54,705 nucleotides of DNA from a virus (IMGVR_UViG_3300043444_000172:1-54705); one strand, 5' to 3'. Positions 48,201 to 54,705 are shown, counted from the first letter of the stretch. A program made the numbers and translations. Notes: generated from the sequence alone by a model not told the origin.

Positions 48201-50280
48201 TGGTTAGTCTATCGCCAGGCTTTAGGTTAGATAGATACTCCTCCCAGTCGGCAGCGTCCTCACCCATTGCACCAAGGTCTAACCCCCTATATAGAACCGT
48301 ACCTTTTGGTAGCGGCTCGGTAGAAGTTAGTTGATCTAAGTTATCTATATGCTTTTGTAGCTCTGCCTGCTCTTCTTGACTTCGACTTGCAGTGTTGTAT
48401 TTGTCTTCCATGAAATTCTTTAGTTCCATGTAGCCCCAGCCGCGATACATAGATATAGCGTCTTTTTCATCCTGAGTGCGTTCTGGAATAGGGAGATCTG
48501 GAATGCCACTTATATCTGAATAGGTGTATTCAAGATCTTCTGGTATGAACTCTTCTGGAGTACGTATGCTCGATCCAAGCAGTGGGTGGTACGACTCGCC
48601 ATCTATTTCAACCACTACTGGTGCATAGCGTCTAGGTCTCATGTCGCGGGCTGCTAAAAGCCTAGAGGTATCCATCTCTGGATCTTTAAATAAGTATTTA
48701 CCTTCACCCTTGTCGTAGATTAAAGTCACAGGAGAGGTGAAGCCGTTCTCCGCTATCTCTTTCTTCTGAGCCTCTACAAGATCCTTGTTGTATGTAAAGT
48801 TTTCTTTATCGAGATCTAGCACATCCTGGGCATTAACATAGCCAACAGCACCAAGCTTGCTACCTGGAAGAGTGGCATTGGTGGCAGCCGAATTTTTAGT
48901 TGATTCGACATCTAAGTTTGGATCTATTTTGGAATATTTATTTTCTGCATCCGCAATTTCTTTTCCGCCACTGTCGACTATTTTTTGTTTGCGGTAGAAC
49001 CCTTTTTCCTCTAAAACATTGTCTATATTGTCTATGTCTTCAGTTTCGAATATCTTCGCTACTTCTGGATCATCCAGTATGTCTTTAACATAGAGCTTTA
49101 ATTTTCTGAGCTCGAGTCTGTCCCAGGTGCTTAATTCTTTTTTCTCACCCTGGGCTGGTTTTTCTGGTTCAACGTCTAAGCGCTTTAGACCCTCCCACTC
49201 GACGTTGCTATTTAAAACTTCTTTGCCGATAGGCAGATCTGCAATCTCTTTTGGAGTTGGGTAGTTTGGAGAGCCAGGCTCGTTATTATCAAAGCGTTCT
49301 AATATGCCTTTAAGAGCTTCCATTTGGTCTGGATCATATTTCCAGGCCTCGCCTAGCATCTTTCTAATGCTGCTGATTACAACAGATGGCTTTCCATTCC
49401 AGTCATATCCAGCCTTGGCCCAGGTGTAAGCGCCATTTTCATCTGCTGCAGTTATTTCTATCTTAGAAATACCAAGTTTTTTATACATTGCTTCGGAAAG
49501 TTTGCTGAACTTTGTACCAAAGCCAGTGCCTCTACTCTCTTCTTCGATATTTAGAGAGGTGTGTCCAGCGCTATATGATCCGTCTTTGTTTTTAGTTATT
49601 CTGCGGAAGAAGTATCCGACTTTATTGTCATTTTCATCTAGAATCTCTCCGTTGACGAATACATCATCCGGGTAGCCATCAGACTTTACAATGCTGACGT
49701 TTCTAACTTTTAGCTTTCCATAGTCAGTGTTTTCGAGTAGATCTACTATCTCTTTTACTGTCTTGTTGTCGAGATTTCTAGTATTCTCATTCGCTGGTAG
49801 AGCCAGTAAGTCTTCGACCGTTCCGGTTATGGAGTCAGCGTTCGGCTCGGGCTCAGGCTCTGTTGTCTTGGAAGAGTCTTTTTTGTTTAAAGCTGCTTTA
49901 GTTGCTTTAGCTATTCGCTCGTAGTCTTCATCAGGAATGATGGCATCGACTACCTCAAACTGGGTTGACGGGATTGGCAGATCGATGTCGCCTAGAATCG
50001 GGTGGCCTTCTATGCGAATCAATGCTACGTTAGGCGCAACAGCGTCGATAATTTTTCCATGGCCGGAAACGCGGCCTATGTTTTCTAGCTCAACGTCGAA
50101 TAATGCGTTGCCATACATTTTGGCAAATCGCATGAAACGGTCTTTTAGCTGCTTACGCCAAAAGCCTTTGTTAGCACCCTCTCCGCCTGGAATGTCCGGC
50201 CCGACATCTGCAACCAGTCCTTGGGGCTGAGCAGAAGAGGAGTTACCAGCACCTAAGACGTCTCTTAGGTATTCAGACAT
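42277..50280 (-). CDS. Giant polyvalent effector protein: 2 GNAT-like, ParB-like, kinase-like and up to 6 ADP-ribosyltransferase-fold domains
   Basis: R-S-E motifs LYRG/FTSTT/EKEVLLP, VFRG/FMSTSS/EDEVVLPRG, LFRG/FSSFS/GEFV and LYRG/LSSWST/DEREMV; RGxGFG...WAKAG twice; DAWLANWD..RIDSG. ATG at 50280 follows the Dps stop. Confidence 0.85.
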   Translation of the reverse strand: MSEYLRDVLGAGNSSSAQPQGLVADVGPDIPGGEGANKGFWRKQLKDRFMRFAKMYGNALFDVELENIGRVSGHGKIIDAVAPNVALIRIEGHPILGDIDLPIPSTQFEVVDAIIPDEDYERIAKATKAALNKKDSSKTTEPEPEPNADSITGTVEDLLALPANENTRNLDNKTVKEIVDLLENTDYGKLKVRNVSIVKSDGYPDDVFVNGEILDENDNKVGYFFRRITKNKDGSYSAGHTSLNIEEESRGTGFGTKFSKLSEAMYKKLGISKIEITAADENGAYTWAKAGYDWNGKPSVVISSIRKMLGEAWKYDPDQMEALKGILERFDNNEPGSPNYPTPKEIADLPIGKEVLNSNVEWEGLKRLDVEPEKPAQGEKKELSTWDRLELRKLKLYVKDILDDPEVAKIFETEDIDNIDNVLEEKGFYRKQKIVDSGGKEIADAENKYSKIDPNLDVESTKNSAATNATLPGSKLGAVGYVNAQDVLDLDKENFTYNKDLVEAQKKEIAENGFTSPVTLIYDKGEGKYLFKDPEMDTSRLLAARDMRPRRYAPVVVEIDGESYHPLLGSSIRTPEEFIPEDLEYTYSDISGIPDLPIPERTQDEKDAISMYRGWGYMELKNFMEDKYNTASRSQEEQAELQKHIDNLDQLTSTEPLPKGTVLYRGLDLGAMGEDAADWEEYLSNLKPGDRLTSPGWFTSTTLDQVKAEEFATLGSNKDRTNSAVVMKITTKDGATGTPFEFDNTVFGLEKEVLLPMMPKFTVTNVYRDSDGILRIDLDYGQAKETTSKEVEKPVESVEDIFAVEDNKKILSIFEEKLGNRKIGDFDVRVTTGRKITKTINGKDIDVVEFSGVVEQDDNIIGRFSRYIYKNQDGTYSVVHDGISLKPEYRGKGFGTEFGKLSEEVYKDLGISKIELTAGEQSGSYAWAKAGFQWKTEPKNVISNIDYNINILTQPGSSFPEKDKEDILKVLRNIKAKFESSKFGDNDYPTPLDVANLKTGDYNLGKWILSEEIRWDGFKDLTEEPKVDTADQPLDFSNFEKVSGNLGSNPGGIYKDPKTGKQYYVKIQAKERGDNERLASALYREARIDALEVKEGVIDEFPVTYRDWVESGLTSYMDKIRDGSSGLVSDSAHDGFAVDAWLANWDVVGLGLDNLSFDKDNKPVRIDSGGSLLYRAQGKRKGAEFGDTVPEIESLKDETKNMATSVVFEDITPEAENESIDRVENITPERIDELVDQYISDPNDNRELKKKLKARRQYLIDYKNKLTDSTEENAPSVQSILDDIEKNPEKYSVPTETEEKSSELLIPGEEDGIDYIFNGKDYHFTPDELRKARWYASSGEAGARDVTEEEGKEHNRRMRALTEYMSKLSGGSYTSYKVSPTEFVDDMEKRTGDKIEIKELRHSAPPARFDEIEKNGIKPKITDKVGTDNYTKTRYGVFLANGYTSGEAGDGADIFRISVPKDELRIDPYTRNGDNLYVERTIKPGELEHLGHLPVVDGPPGSLNENNLHNGQSSKCTICHPELASKESSDSTPEASTTDWEPKEGLTTGKGESRLLDAFVDGDYLDIDSVDDGEVPRNFEQSDIPSDQHAALQAYASTQFRNFNNLLRYGPEDMSPEKVEDVKEKIANLDELIDTYGDISRGTYVFRGMTDLGKFEDKDVTMTDLLESLNPGDVFSDPGFMSTSSNKDIALRSFGPGLGAGDGAIKASEPSMRNTSFWVINLPAGSKALGVPRAGYGYASLEDEVVLPRGSELKIVGIRKVPHIDEDGEENGFFNYFVEAELQPKGKPEALTGLDEKEEADSRAISAYGRKMDPIDVRSGTPALQDILETAVEAARQAGWDTPQEIDEEGNIISDPQSDAAKDLEFRDKYAAWFVQGWPSSFEYVSDTNAAFKELLQGDTEINPKDITKLPSKTREIIAGLELIQASPEINESLFRGIRTNQATLDSYQPGATIELPFSSFSVVRSAAEQYWEMRRSDIAGGGIAVEYELEPGSRSLPLIAFDPQAIPGEFVSAGRYEVVSVEKSDDPDVPTKVKIRHVGTFDPMLQREAPTEAEPEKPEVEKAVESKTLRTTDGSSEEFWKTDKTPGELKSEVATETAKSMLDNGISIEQLDALNQSLVSTYDTGTNDPYVTEWEGSVPFGQIMVTDGAIGFVPLARALRRFPLNDADIKAMSSTGDFNFTTEDVRKILEKANSSEDAVTEFKLYKELTEFERATMAASTLITDWATSSNGSNIRSLAIQDIAEVVFDTKNARDWNSAPKTKAEVEKIKQEYGGVLSAFLQAQYEQTQKRFKEAGVTEVVLYRGIDDASLGKTLSDDKLTEVDVQSRPLSSWSTSDGHAYWFATGGYDSEATGIDKFNPEDDHKGAVLLRRVIPVEQILSNSFTGVGSYDEREMVVIGGEMKVEAVGAVKEDNLIQVMRNRELKDSVVKKDLKVQEDWDAQTGLETATKKKERIEPGFKNWYKKIKDIFTEADEDYDESRGNVLQSVFLEKSGFNDKPQVLSQEEFDAASGESIYRGFTSAEFMDDYITSDTPFAGEGYFGNGTYSTNKKETTFTYTGDDDSNREDRIMEMKLMSDANVISFDEATDLREWATEKLQEFFRGYDKSGVTFEESQDAEWRLFNETDYTNIAIMLGIDAIRFKVPLTPDNEYYTIILNRGKVFINGKS

Positions 50281-50282
50281 GG

Positions 50283-50735
50283 TTATCGAGTACCGAGTGA
50301 AGAGCGGAGCTGCCAGCCCCACTTCTTGTGCATATCGTCACGGCCGGCTAGAAAATCAGCAATGCCCTGCTCGTTGCACATCGATGCAAGCTCGAAAGCT
50401 CCAAGCACACATGCATTTAGAGATGTGTTGATGTTGACTAGAGACTCGAGCATCTCGACGCAGTCGCCAAAAAGACGAGGCTCGTTTCCAATGCATGTCA
50501 TCTCAACGAAATCAGTTAGGAAGTAAGGAGCGTCATATCCGAGTTTGCGGATGCTTTCAGCGAGCGGGTCAATGGCACTCTCGAAGTCTTCGTAGATTTC
50601 ACCGAAGAAGTCATGCATCTGAGTAAACTCGACGCCCTTAACGTTCCAGTGGTAGCCCTGGGCGATAGCCTTTGCAGTTACTACGTCAGAAAGTAGGTGG
50701 CTAAGCTTCTCTACTAGTTCAACTTTGTGTTCCAT
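50283..50735 (-). CDS. dps: Dps family ferritin-like DNA protection protein
   Basis: YHWNVKG.EF..MH.FF.EIY......D.LAE.IRKLG and C-terminal HKKWGWQLRS. Confidence 0.92.
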   Translation of the reverse strand: MEHKVELVEKLSHLLSDVVTAKAIAQGYHWNVKGVEFTQMHDFFGEIYEDFESAIDPLAESIRKLGYDAPYFLTDFVEMTCIGNEPRLFGDCVEMLESLVNINTSLNACVLGAFELASMCNEQGIADFLAGRDDMHKKWGWQLRSSLGTR

Positions 50736-50738
50736 TTG

Positions 50739-52493
50739 TTATACCTCGGGTTCAGCCAGTGGAATTGGCGGTTGGGCGGGTGGAGGAGTTCCTTCTACTA
50801 CAGGAGTGGCTGGTTGTGCTCCTGGAATAGGACCACCCTCTAGAAGTTGTTCAATGTCAGGTGTCATTGGAGCTGGGTTGCTAGCCTGAGATGTCGATCG
50901 AACTAGCTCCATAATTTCTGGGGATACTGCCGACAACATTGCCTCTGTGAGCTCAGGTGTAATCATACCCTTACTGATGATGAGGCGAAGTCCGAGCTCC
51001 TGAGGGGTAGGAGCGTCCTGGTCAGAGAAGCCGTGGGCACGACGCCATGCGTCATACGAAACAGCCATCTTCTCGAAGCCCGAGTCAGCATCTGCTGCAC
51101 GGTCGTTACGAGTAGCAATTAGGCTAGGGTCATACCAAACGTGAAGACGCTTTACATCTGCCTCGGAGTAGCCATTGGCAATTAGGTATGGACGCAAGTA
51201 AACAACAGTTAGTGCGTCTGCAATGAGAAGCATCATAGGCTCGATGTGCGCCTTGTAGAGGGCTTCATCGATCTGAAGAGCGTTAGAGTACTTAACGTTC
51301 GCAAGACCCGTCACAACGTCTTTAGGGACGTCTAGACCCTGCATGATGCGCTCTAGTACACGGTCAGCACGAGCAACTAGGGATGCGTCGAATGAACGCT
51401 CGAACTTGAACTGCTTGATCTTATCACCAAGCTCAGCTGGACCACGAATAATCAGCGGAACAACAGCCGAAGCCGAGTCTTCGTCCTTGATTGGGGTGGT
51501 CATAGCGTCAATCAGCTGGTCCTCAAAGTCGTCAGCTGACTCCTCTGGGTTGTACTGCTCGTTGTAGTTACCATCCTCGTCGTATGGGTAGTCTGGGTCT
51601 GGAGCAGCTGCAACAGAAAGACCATCTGGCAAGTACAAAGCACCTGCGTTGAGGCGTGAGCGGGCTGTAGCACGGAATGTGCGGTTAAGTAGGAGTAGTT
51701 CCGCACAAAGGTCCAAAAGGCCGCGTAGCGAGCTGTCAGACTCCTGGGAGTAGCGAGGGTGGGCTCTCCAAACGCGACCAATGAAAGCATCCTTAGGCAG
51801 GACAATGGCACCCTTACCAGATGACATGGCAGAAGGAACTCCACCACCAACTTCGCGGCGAGGCTGGATAACGTAGTTACCCTTCGAGTCAACCTGAAGC
51901 TCGTCAACCGAACGGATGTCCCAGCTCTCTGGTAGCCCAGTGCCGATACGCTCTGGAACCTGAACGAGATAGCACTCGCCAGTAACCTGCAAGTTAAGAG
52001 CAGCGTCCTTGAGAAGACCTGACTGGCCTCCGTAGGCAGAGTCAAGACGAGCAAGAGCACGCTTAGCTGCGGCAGCCAGCTGAGGATCGATGGCTAGTGA
52101 TTTGTCTACAGAGATCGGAGCCTCTGCTGGGTCATCTACAACAGCTGCGTAAAGGCGGATACGTGATACGACAGACGCCACAAGGTTAAACGCATATTTA
52201 ATTTCACCAATTGAGTCATAGTACTCCCATGCTTCGGTTTGCCAGCTAGAAGAAGCTGACTGGCGGCGAGATTTGAAAAGCTCTGCTTCGCCCTTGTCGC
52301 CGATCTTAATCTGAGCTGCAGCAGCTGTAAGCGGGCGAGGCGAGTTGTAAGAGACTGGTTCGGCGTAAACAAGTCCAAAAGAGTCTACAGAGATCCCAGG
52401 GGCAACCGGCGTAGCGGTTCTTGGTGCCGATGCACGCAAACCGGTGGCAGTTCTACGCTTAGGCTGCTCTGCGTTCTTTTTAAAAATTCCCAA
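50739..52493 (-). CDS. Portal protein
   Basis: WQTEAWEYYDSIGEIKYA...SRIRLYAA, LQVTGECYL, RVWRAHP....DS, SRL.AG.LY.P motifs of actinophage portals; located downstream of the terminase. Confidence 0.85.
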   Translation of the reverse strand: MGIFKKNAEQPKRRTATGLRASAPRTATPVAPGISVDSFGLVYAEPVSYNSPRPLTAAAAQIKIGDKGEAELFKSRRQSASSSWQTEAWEYYDSIGEIKYAFNLVASVVSRIRLYAAVVDDPAEAPISVDKSLAIDPQLAAAAKRALARLDSAYGGQSGLLKDAALNLQVTGECYLVQVPERIGTGLPESWDIRSVDELQVDSKGNYVIQPRREVGGGVPSAMSSGKGAIVLPKDAFIGRVWRAHPRYSQESDSSLRGLLDLCAELLLLNRTFRATARSRLNAGALYLPDGLSVAAAPDPDYPYDEDGNYNEQYNPEESADDFEDQLIDAMTTPIKDEDSASAVVPLIIRGPAELGDKIKQFKFERSFDASLVARADRVLERIMQGLDVPKDVVTGLANVKYSNALQIDEALYKAHIEPMMLLIADALTVVYLRPYLIANGYSEADVKRLHVWYDPSLIATRNDRAADADSGFEKMAVSYDAWRRAHGFSDQDAPTPQELGLRLIISKGMITPELTEAMLSAVSPEIMELVRSTSQASNPAPMTPDIEQLLEGGPIPGAQPATPVVEGTPPPAQPPIPLAEPEV

Positions 52494-52508
52494 CGGGGGC
52501 TCCTAGGG

Positions 52509-52790
52509 TCAACGATTCGCCAGTAGACCAATAATTGCAGATATGGACAGTACTAATGATACCACATATACAATTGCTGGGACTAGCAGGTAAGCGACTA
52601 CGAACAAGATGGAGATATAGAATCCAGTACACCAGTCGCAGGTGATTAAGTATCCAAAACCCTTAGATGGTGGAAACTTTTTCCAGATTCTTTCTCGTAC
52701 CGACTCAAAAACGGTGTCGGTTGTTATAACTCTAGTGACTCTAAAGGCAGCAAGAGCAAGAATTGCAAAAGTTAGGGCGTCCAGCGTCAT
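52509..52790 (-). CDS. DUF1360-like small membrane protein
   Basis: LAAFRVTRVITTD...GYLITCDWC plus hydrophobic helices. Confidence 0.75.
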   Translation of the reverse strand: MTLDALTFAILALAAFRVTRVITTDTVFESVRERIWKKFPPSKGFGYLITCDWCTGFYISILFVVAYLLVPAIVYVVSLVLSISAIIGLLANR

Positions 52791-53146
52791 TATTTAGCTT
52801 TCAACGTGTTTAAAGTTCGGGTTGGGTTCCAACTTCTAAGTCTAGACCCACATCCGCAGTTTGTGTCGCGCTTGAAAGCGAGCATTTTGCCACTTTTAGT
52901 GACAATTTTGCTCTCACCCTTCAAATCTTTCTCAAAGATATCATATTCTTCTTGAAAAATCACCCTCGCACCCTCTGGAGAGTCGACTGCAACCATAATT
53001 AGGTCGCTGTCGATGACAATTCGACACTTGTCGACCATAAATGAGCCCTCAGTGGGCGGGGCAACTGTAACTTCTTCTAGTGTTTCGACCAATCCAGGTG
53101 CAACTGCAACAAGAATAGACGGAAATACGTCAAAAATGATTCTCAA
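52790..53146 (-). CDS. Hypothetical protein (118 aa) with CGCG motif
   Basis: Overlap-coupled to the terminase stop and to the next gene; C-terminal NCGCGSRLRSWNP. Confidence 0.65.
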   Translation of the reverse strand: MRIIFDVFPSILVAVAPGLVETLEEVTVAPPTEGSFMVDKCRIVIDSDLIMVAVDSPEGARVIFQEEYDIFEKDLKGESKIVTKSGKMLAFKRDTNCGCGSRLRSWNPTRTLNTLKAK

Positions 53147-54528
53147 CGGACTCTAAACCCCTTTCCGGTTCCGATTTTACGGTCTGCAAGGCTCTTGGCA
53201 CGGATTTTTCCACCCGAGAAGCCAGCTGGAGGCTTAATTAGTAGTGCAGTAAGGGCGTGAACCAGTGCGTCGACGCGGTCCGGGGACTTTCCCTCGCCTG
53301 GAATCCAGGTAATCATCTGAGTTTCGAGGTCAGTCAATGCGTGACCGATGTGGTGGACGCGTTCCTGCTGATAGGCCATCGTAATTGGCTCAGCACGGAG
53401 CTGTTTACCCTGTTTTGAGTGAACTTCAAGCACTTTGATGGTCGGATCGATGGTATTGATAGCATTTCGGACCAAAGCACCACCCTGGTTGACCTCAGCG
53501 ATGACTGGGCAGCCCCATTTACGAGCCATGCGAACAACTTGGTTGGCCCAAACGTCTGGAGAGCCATGAACGGAGGCATCTTCGAGCACCCAAGCCTGAC
53601 GCTTGTACAAATCGTGCTCTGCAGTAGACGCAACTACAACAATTCCACATTCGTCGCGAGGATTTTCGGCAACAGAGGGGTCAACGCCGATACAACGGAG
53701 TGGAGTTGAGGTTGGAAGATAGAGTTGGCGGCCAGCTTCGATCATTTCTTCTGTCCACATCGCTCCTTCCATCGCTTCGAGCATTTCACCGAAGAGTTCC
53801 TGGCGAGCGAGGGCTGTACCCTCGTAAACGCCAAGCATTGTGTCTAGATATGTGCCAGAGAGGTTTCCAGCGTTGTCCATAGTCGAACCACGAGTAATCA
53901 CTACTCGGTCAGTGCGGGACTCTTCAATAAGTTTGTAGAGAAGCGGAGTACGCTTCGGGGTGGTGGTAACCAGAATCTTTGGGTGAGCACCAAGACGAGT
54001 ACCAACACGCAAGTTATCAAACGCGGTCATGCCTGCAGCGTCAGGAGTCTGACGCCAGGCTGCAATCTCATCGCCCCAGGCGTGGGTGAACTGAGGACCA
54101 CGAAGCGAGTCTGGCTCGTCAGCTGTGAATAGCGAAGCTACGTTTCCATTGGGCCAGGTTAGGCGTCGCTTGGACGGCTCGTAGAGCGGACGCTCGGATG
54201 GAGGCGTGACATTCATAATGCCCGACTCACCTTCAACGATAACGTCACGCACGTCACCCGCGGTACGGGCTACAAGTGCGAAACGACGTTGGCCGGTATT
54301 GGTATATCTGGCTTGCTCTCTCACCCATTCAGACGCGAGTCTTGTTTTACCAAAACCACGTCCGGCAAGTACAAGCCAGATATTCCAATCTCCGGGTGGA
54401 GCTTGCTGCTCTGGTCTTCCCCAAACGGACCAGTCCCACATAAGTGCTTCTGGATCCATTCCGGCAAGGGCAGCTAGTTGCTCTTCAGGTGGCAGAAGAG
54501 CAATGTGCTCCATGATTGATTTACCCAT
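53143..54528 (-). CDS. terL: Terminase large subunit
   Basis: AGRGFGKT (Walker A), LRGPQF..AWGDE (Walker B), TTTP, IGVDP and SPDRVDA nuclease motifs. Confidence 0.95.
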   Translation of the reverse strand: MGKSIMEHIALLPPEEQLAALAGMDPEALMWDWSVWGRPEQQAPPGDWNIWLVLAGRGFGKTRLASEWVREQARYTNTGQRRFALVARTAGDVRDVIVEGESGIMNVTPPSERPLYEPSKRRLTWPNGNVASLFTADEPDSLRGPQFTHAWGDEIAAWRQTPDAAGMTAFDNLRVGTRLGAHPKILVTTTPKRTPLLYKLIEESRTDRVVITRGSTMDNAGNLSGTYLDTMLGVYEGTALARQELFGEMLEAMEGAMWTEEMIEAGRQLYLPTSTPLRCIGVDPSVAENPRDECGIVVVASTAEHDLYKRQAWVLEDASVHGSPDVWANQVVRMARKWGCPVIAEVNQGGALVRNAINTIDPTIKVLEVHSKQGKQLRAEPITMAYQQERVHHIGHALTDLETQMITWIPGEGKSPDRVDALVHALTALLIKPPAGFSGGKIRAKSLADRKIGTGKGFRVR

Positions 54529-54563
54529 AGGTACATTCTAATCCTGTTTTGTAGGACGTAGAT

Positions 54564-54704
54564 TTAAACCTCGGCAGACGGGCAGTAATCAATCTGTCGG
54601 CTCTCCTTGTAAAAGAGCTGACCGTCTGGGTGGTATTCGACTTTGATAATCTCTTCGTGCATCCACTTACCCTCGTGAAGCGAGTTGTTAACACGCTCTC
54701 CGCA
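54564..54704 (-). CDS. 3' end of a hypothetical gene running off the window
   Basis: Open frame CGERVNNSLHEGKWMHEE...YCPSAEV-stop. Confidence 0.4.
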   Translation of the reverse strand, partial: CGERVNNSLHEGKWMHEEIIKVEYHPDGQLFYKESRQIDYCPSAEV

Positions 54705-54705
54705 G

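Noticed and set aside
48600-48850. Active ParB-like nuclease domain in the ART-rich protein
   Set aside because: The I.ENGF..PV.L and RL.AA flanks fit ParB, but the catalytic DGHHR is replaced by DPEMDTSR, so it is at best a degenerate domain
31285-50280. Inteins or virion RNA polymerase as the explanation for giant protein size
   Set aside because: No intein C/HN splice motifs, LAGLIDADG blocks or DxDGD/T7-type RNAP motifs noticed; size is explained by tandem enzyme domains and linkers
50281-50322. ORF-track start of the giant ART protein at 50322
   Set aside because: Overlaps the Dps C-terminus; the ATG at 50280 just after the Dps stop is more plausible
1-54705. tRNA genes, integrase, endolysin, stop-codon reassignment
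   Set aside because: None recognised; intergenic gaps are short and genes tile cleanly under the standard code with TAG, TAA and TGA stops

Overview
A 54.7 kb piece of a tailed dsDNA phage genome (siphovirus-like, resembling actinobacteriophages; the host is an inference). Every credible gene is on the minus strand. In transcription order (right to left): terminase large subunit, two small genes (one DUF1360-like), portal, an ~20 kb insert, a 1490 aa multi-domain prohead protease, major capsid protein with fused acidic scaffold, minor capsid, major tail, head-tail adaptor, tail completion genes, frameshifted tail chaperones, tape measure, Dit-like, Tal-like and tail fibre proteins. A replication/recombination block follows: PolA, RuvC-like resolvase, SNF2 helicase, PD-(D/E)XK exonuclease and a truncated Sak4-like ATPase. 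The main observation is the insert between portal and protease, where MuF-type minor head genes usually sit. It encodes a Dps ferritin and a ~2670 aa protein with up to six ADP-ribosyltransferase-fold domains, two GNAT-like domains and a kinase-like domain. It also encodes a 2587 aa protein with an SF1 helicase and an HExxH peptidase, a Cys/ParB multi-domain protein and small downstream ORFs. The two giant proteins are unrelated except for a shared N-terminal GANKGFW..QL.D leader, echoed by QPRDARGKY in the protease. Many head proteins also carry a recurrent [ILV]-[TV]-A-[SAG]-[AG] linker. This suggests a MuF-independent system for packaging, proteolytically maturing and injecting effectors. 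All domain calls are by-eye motif recognition with no database searches, and sub-gene coordinates are approximate.
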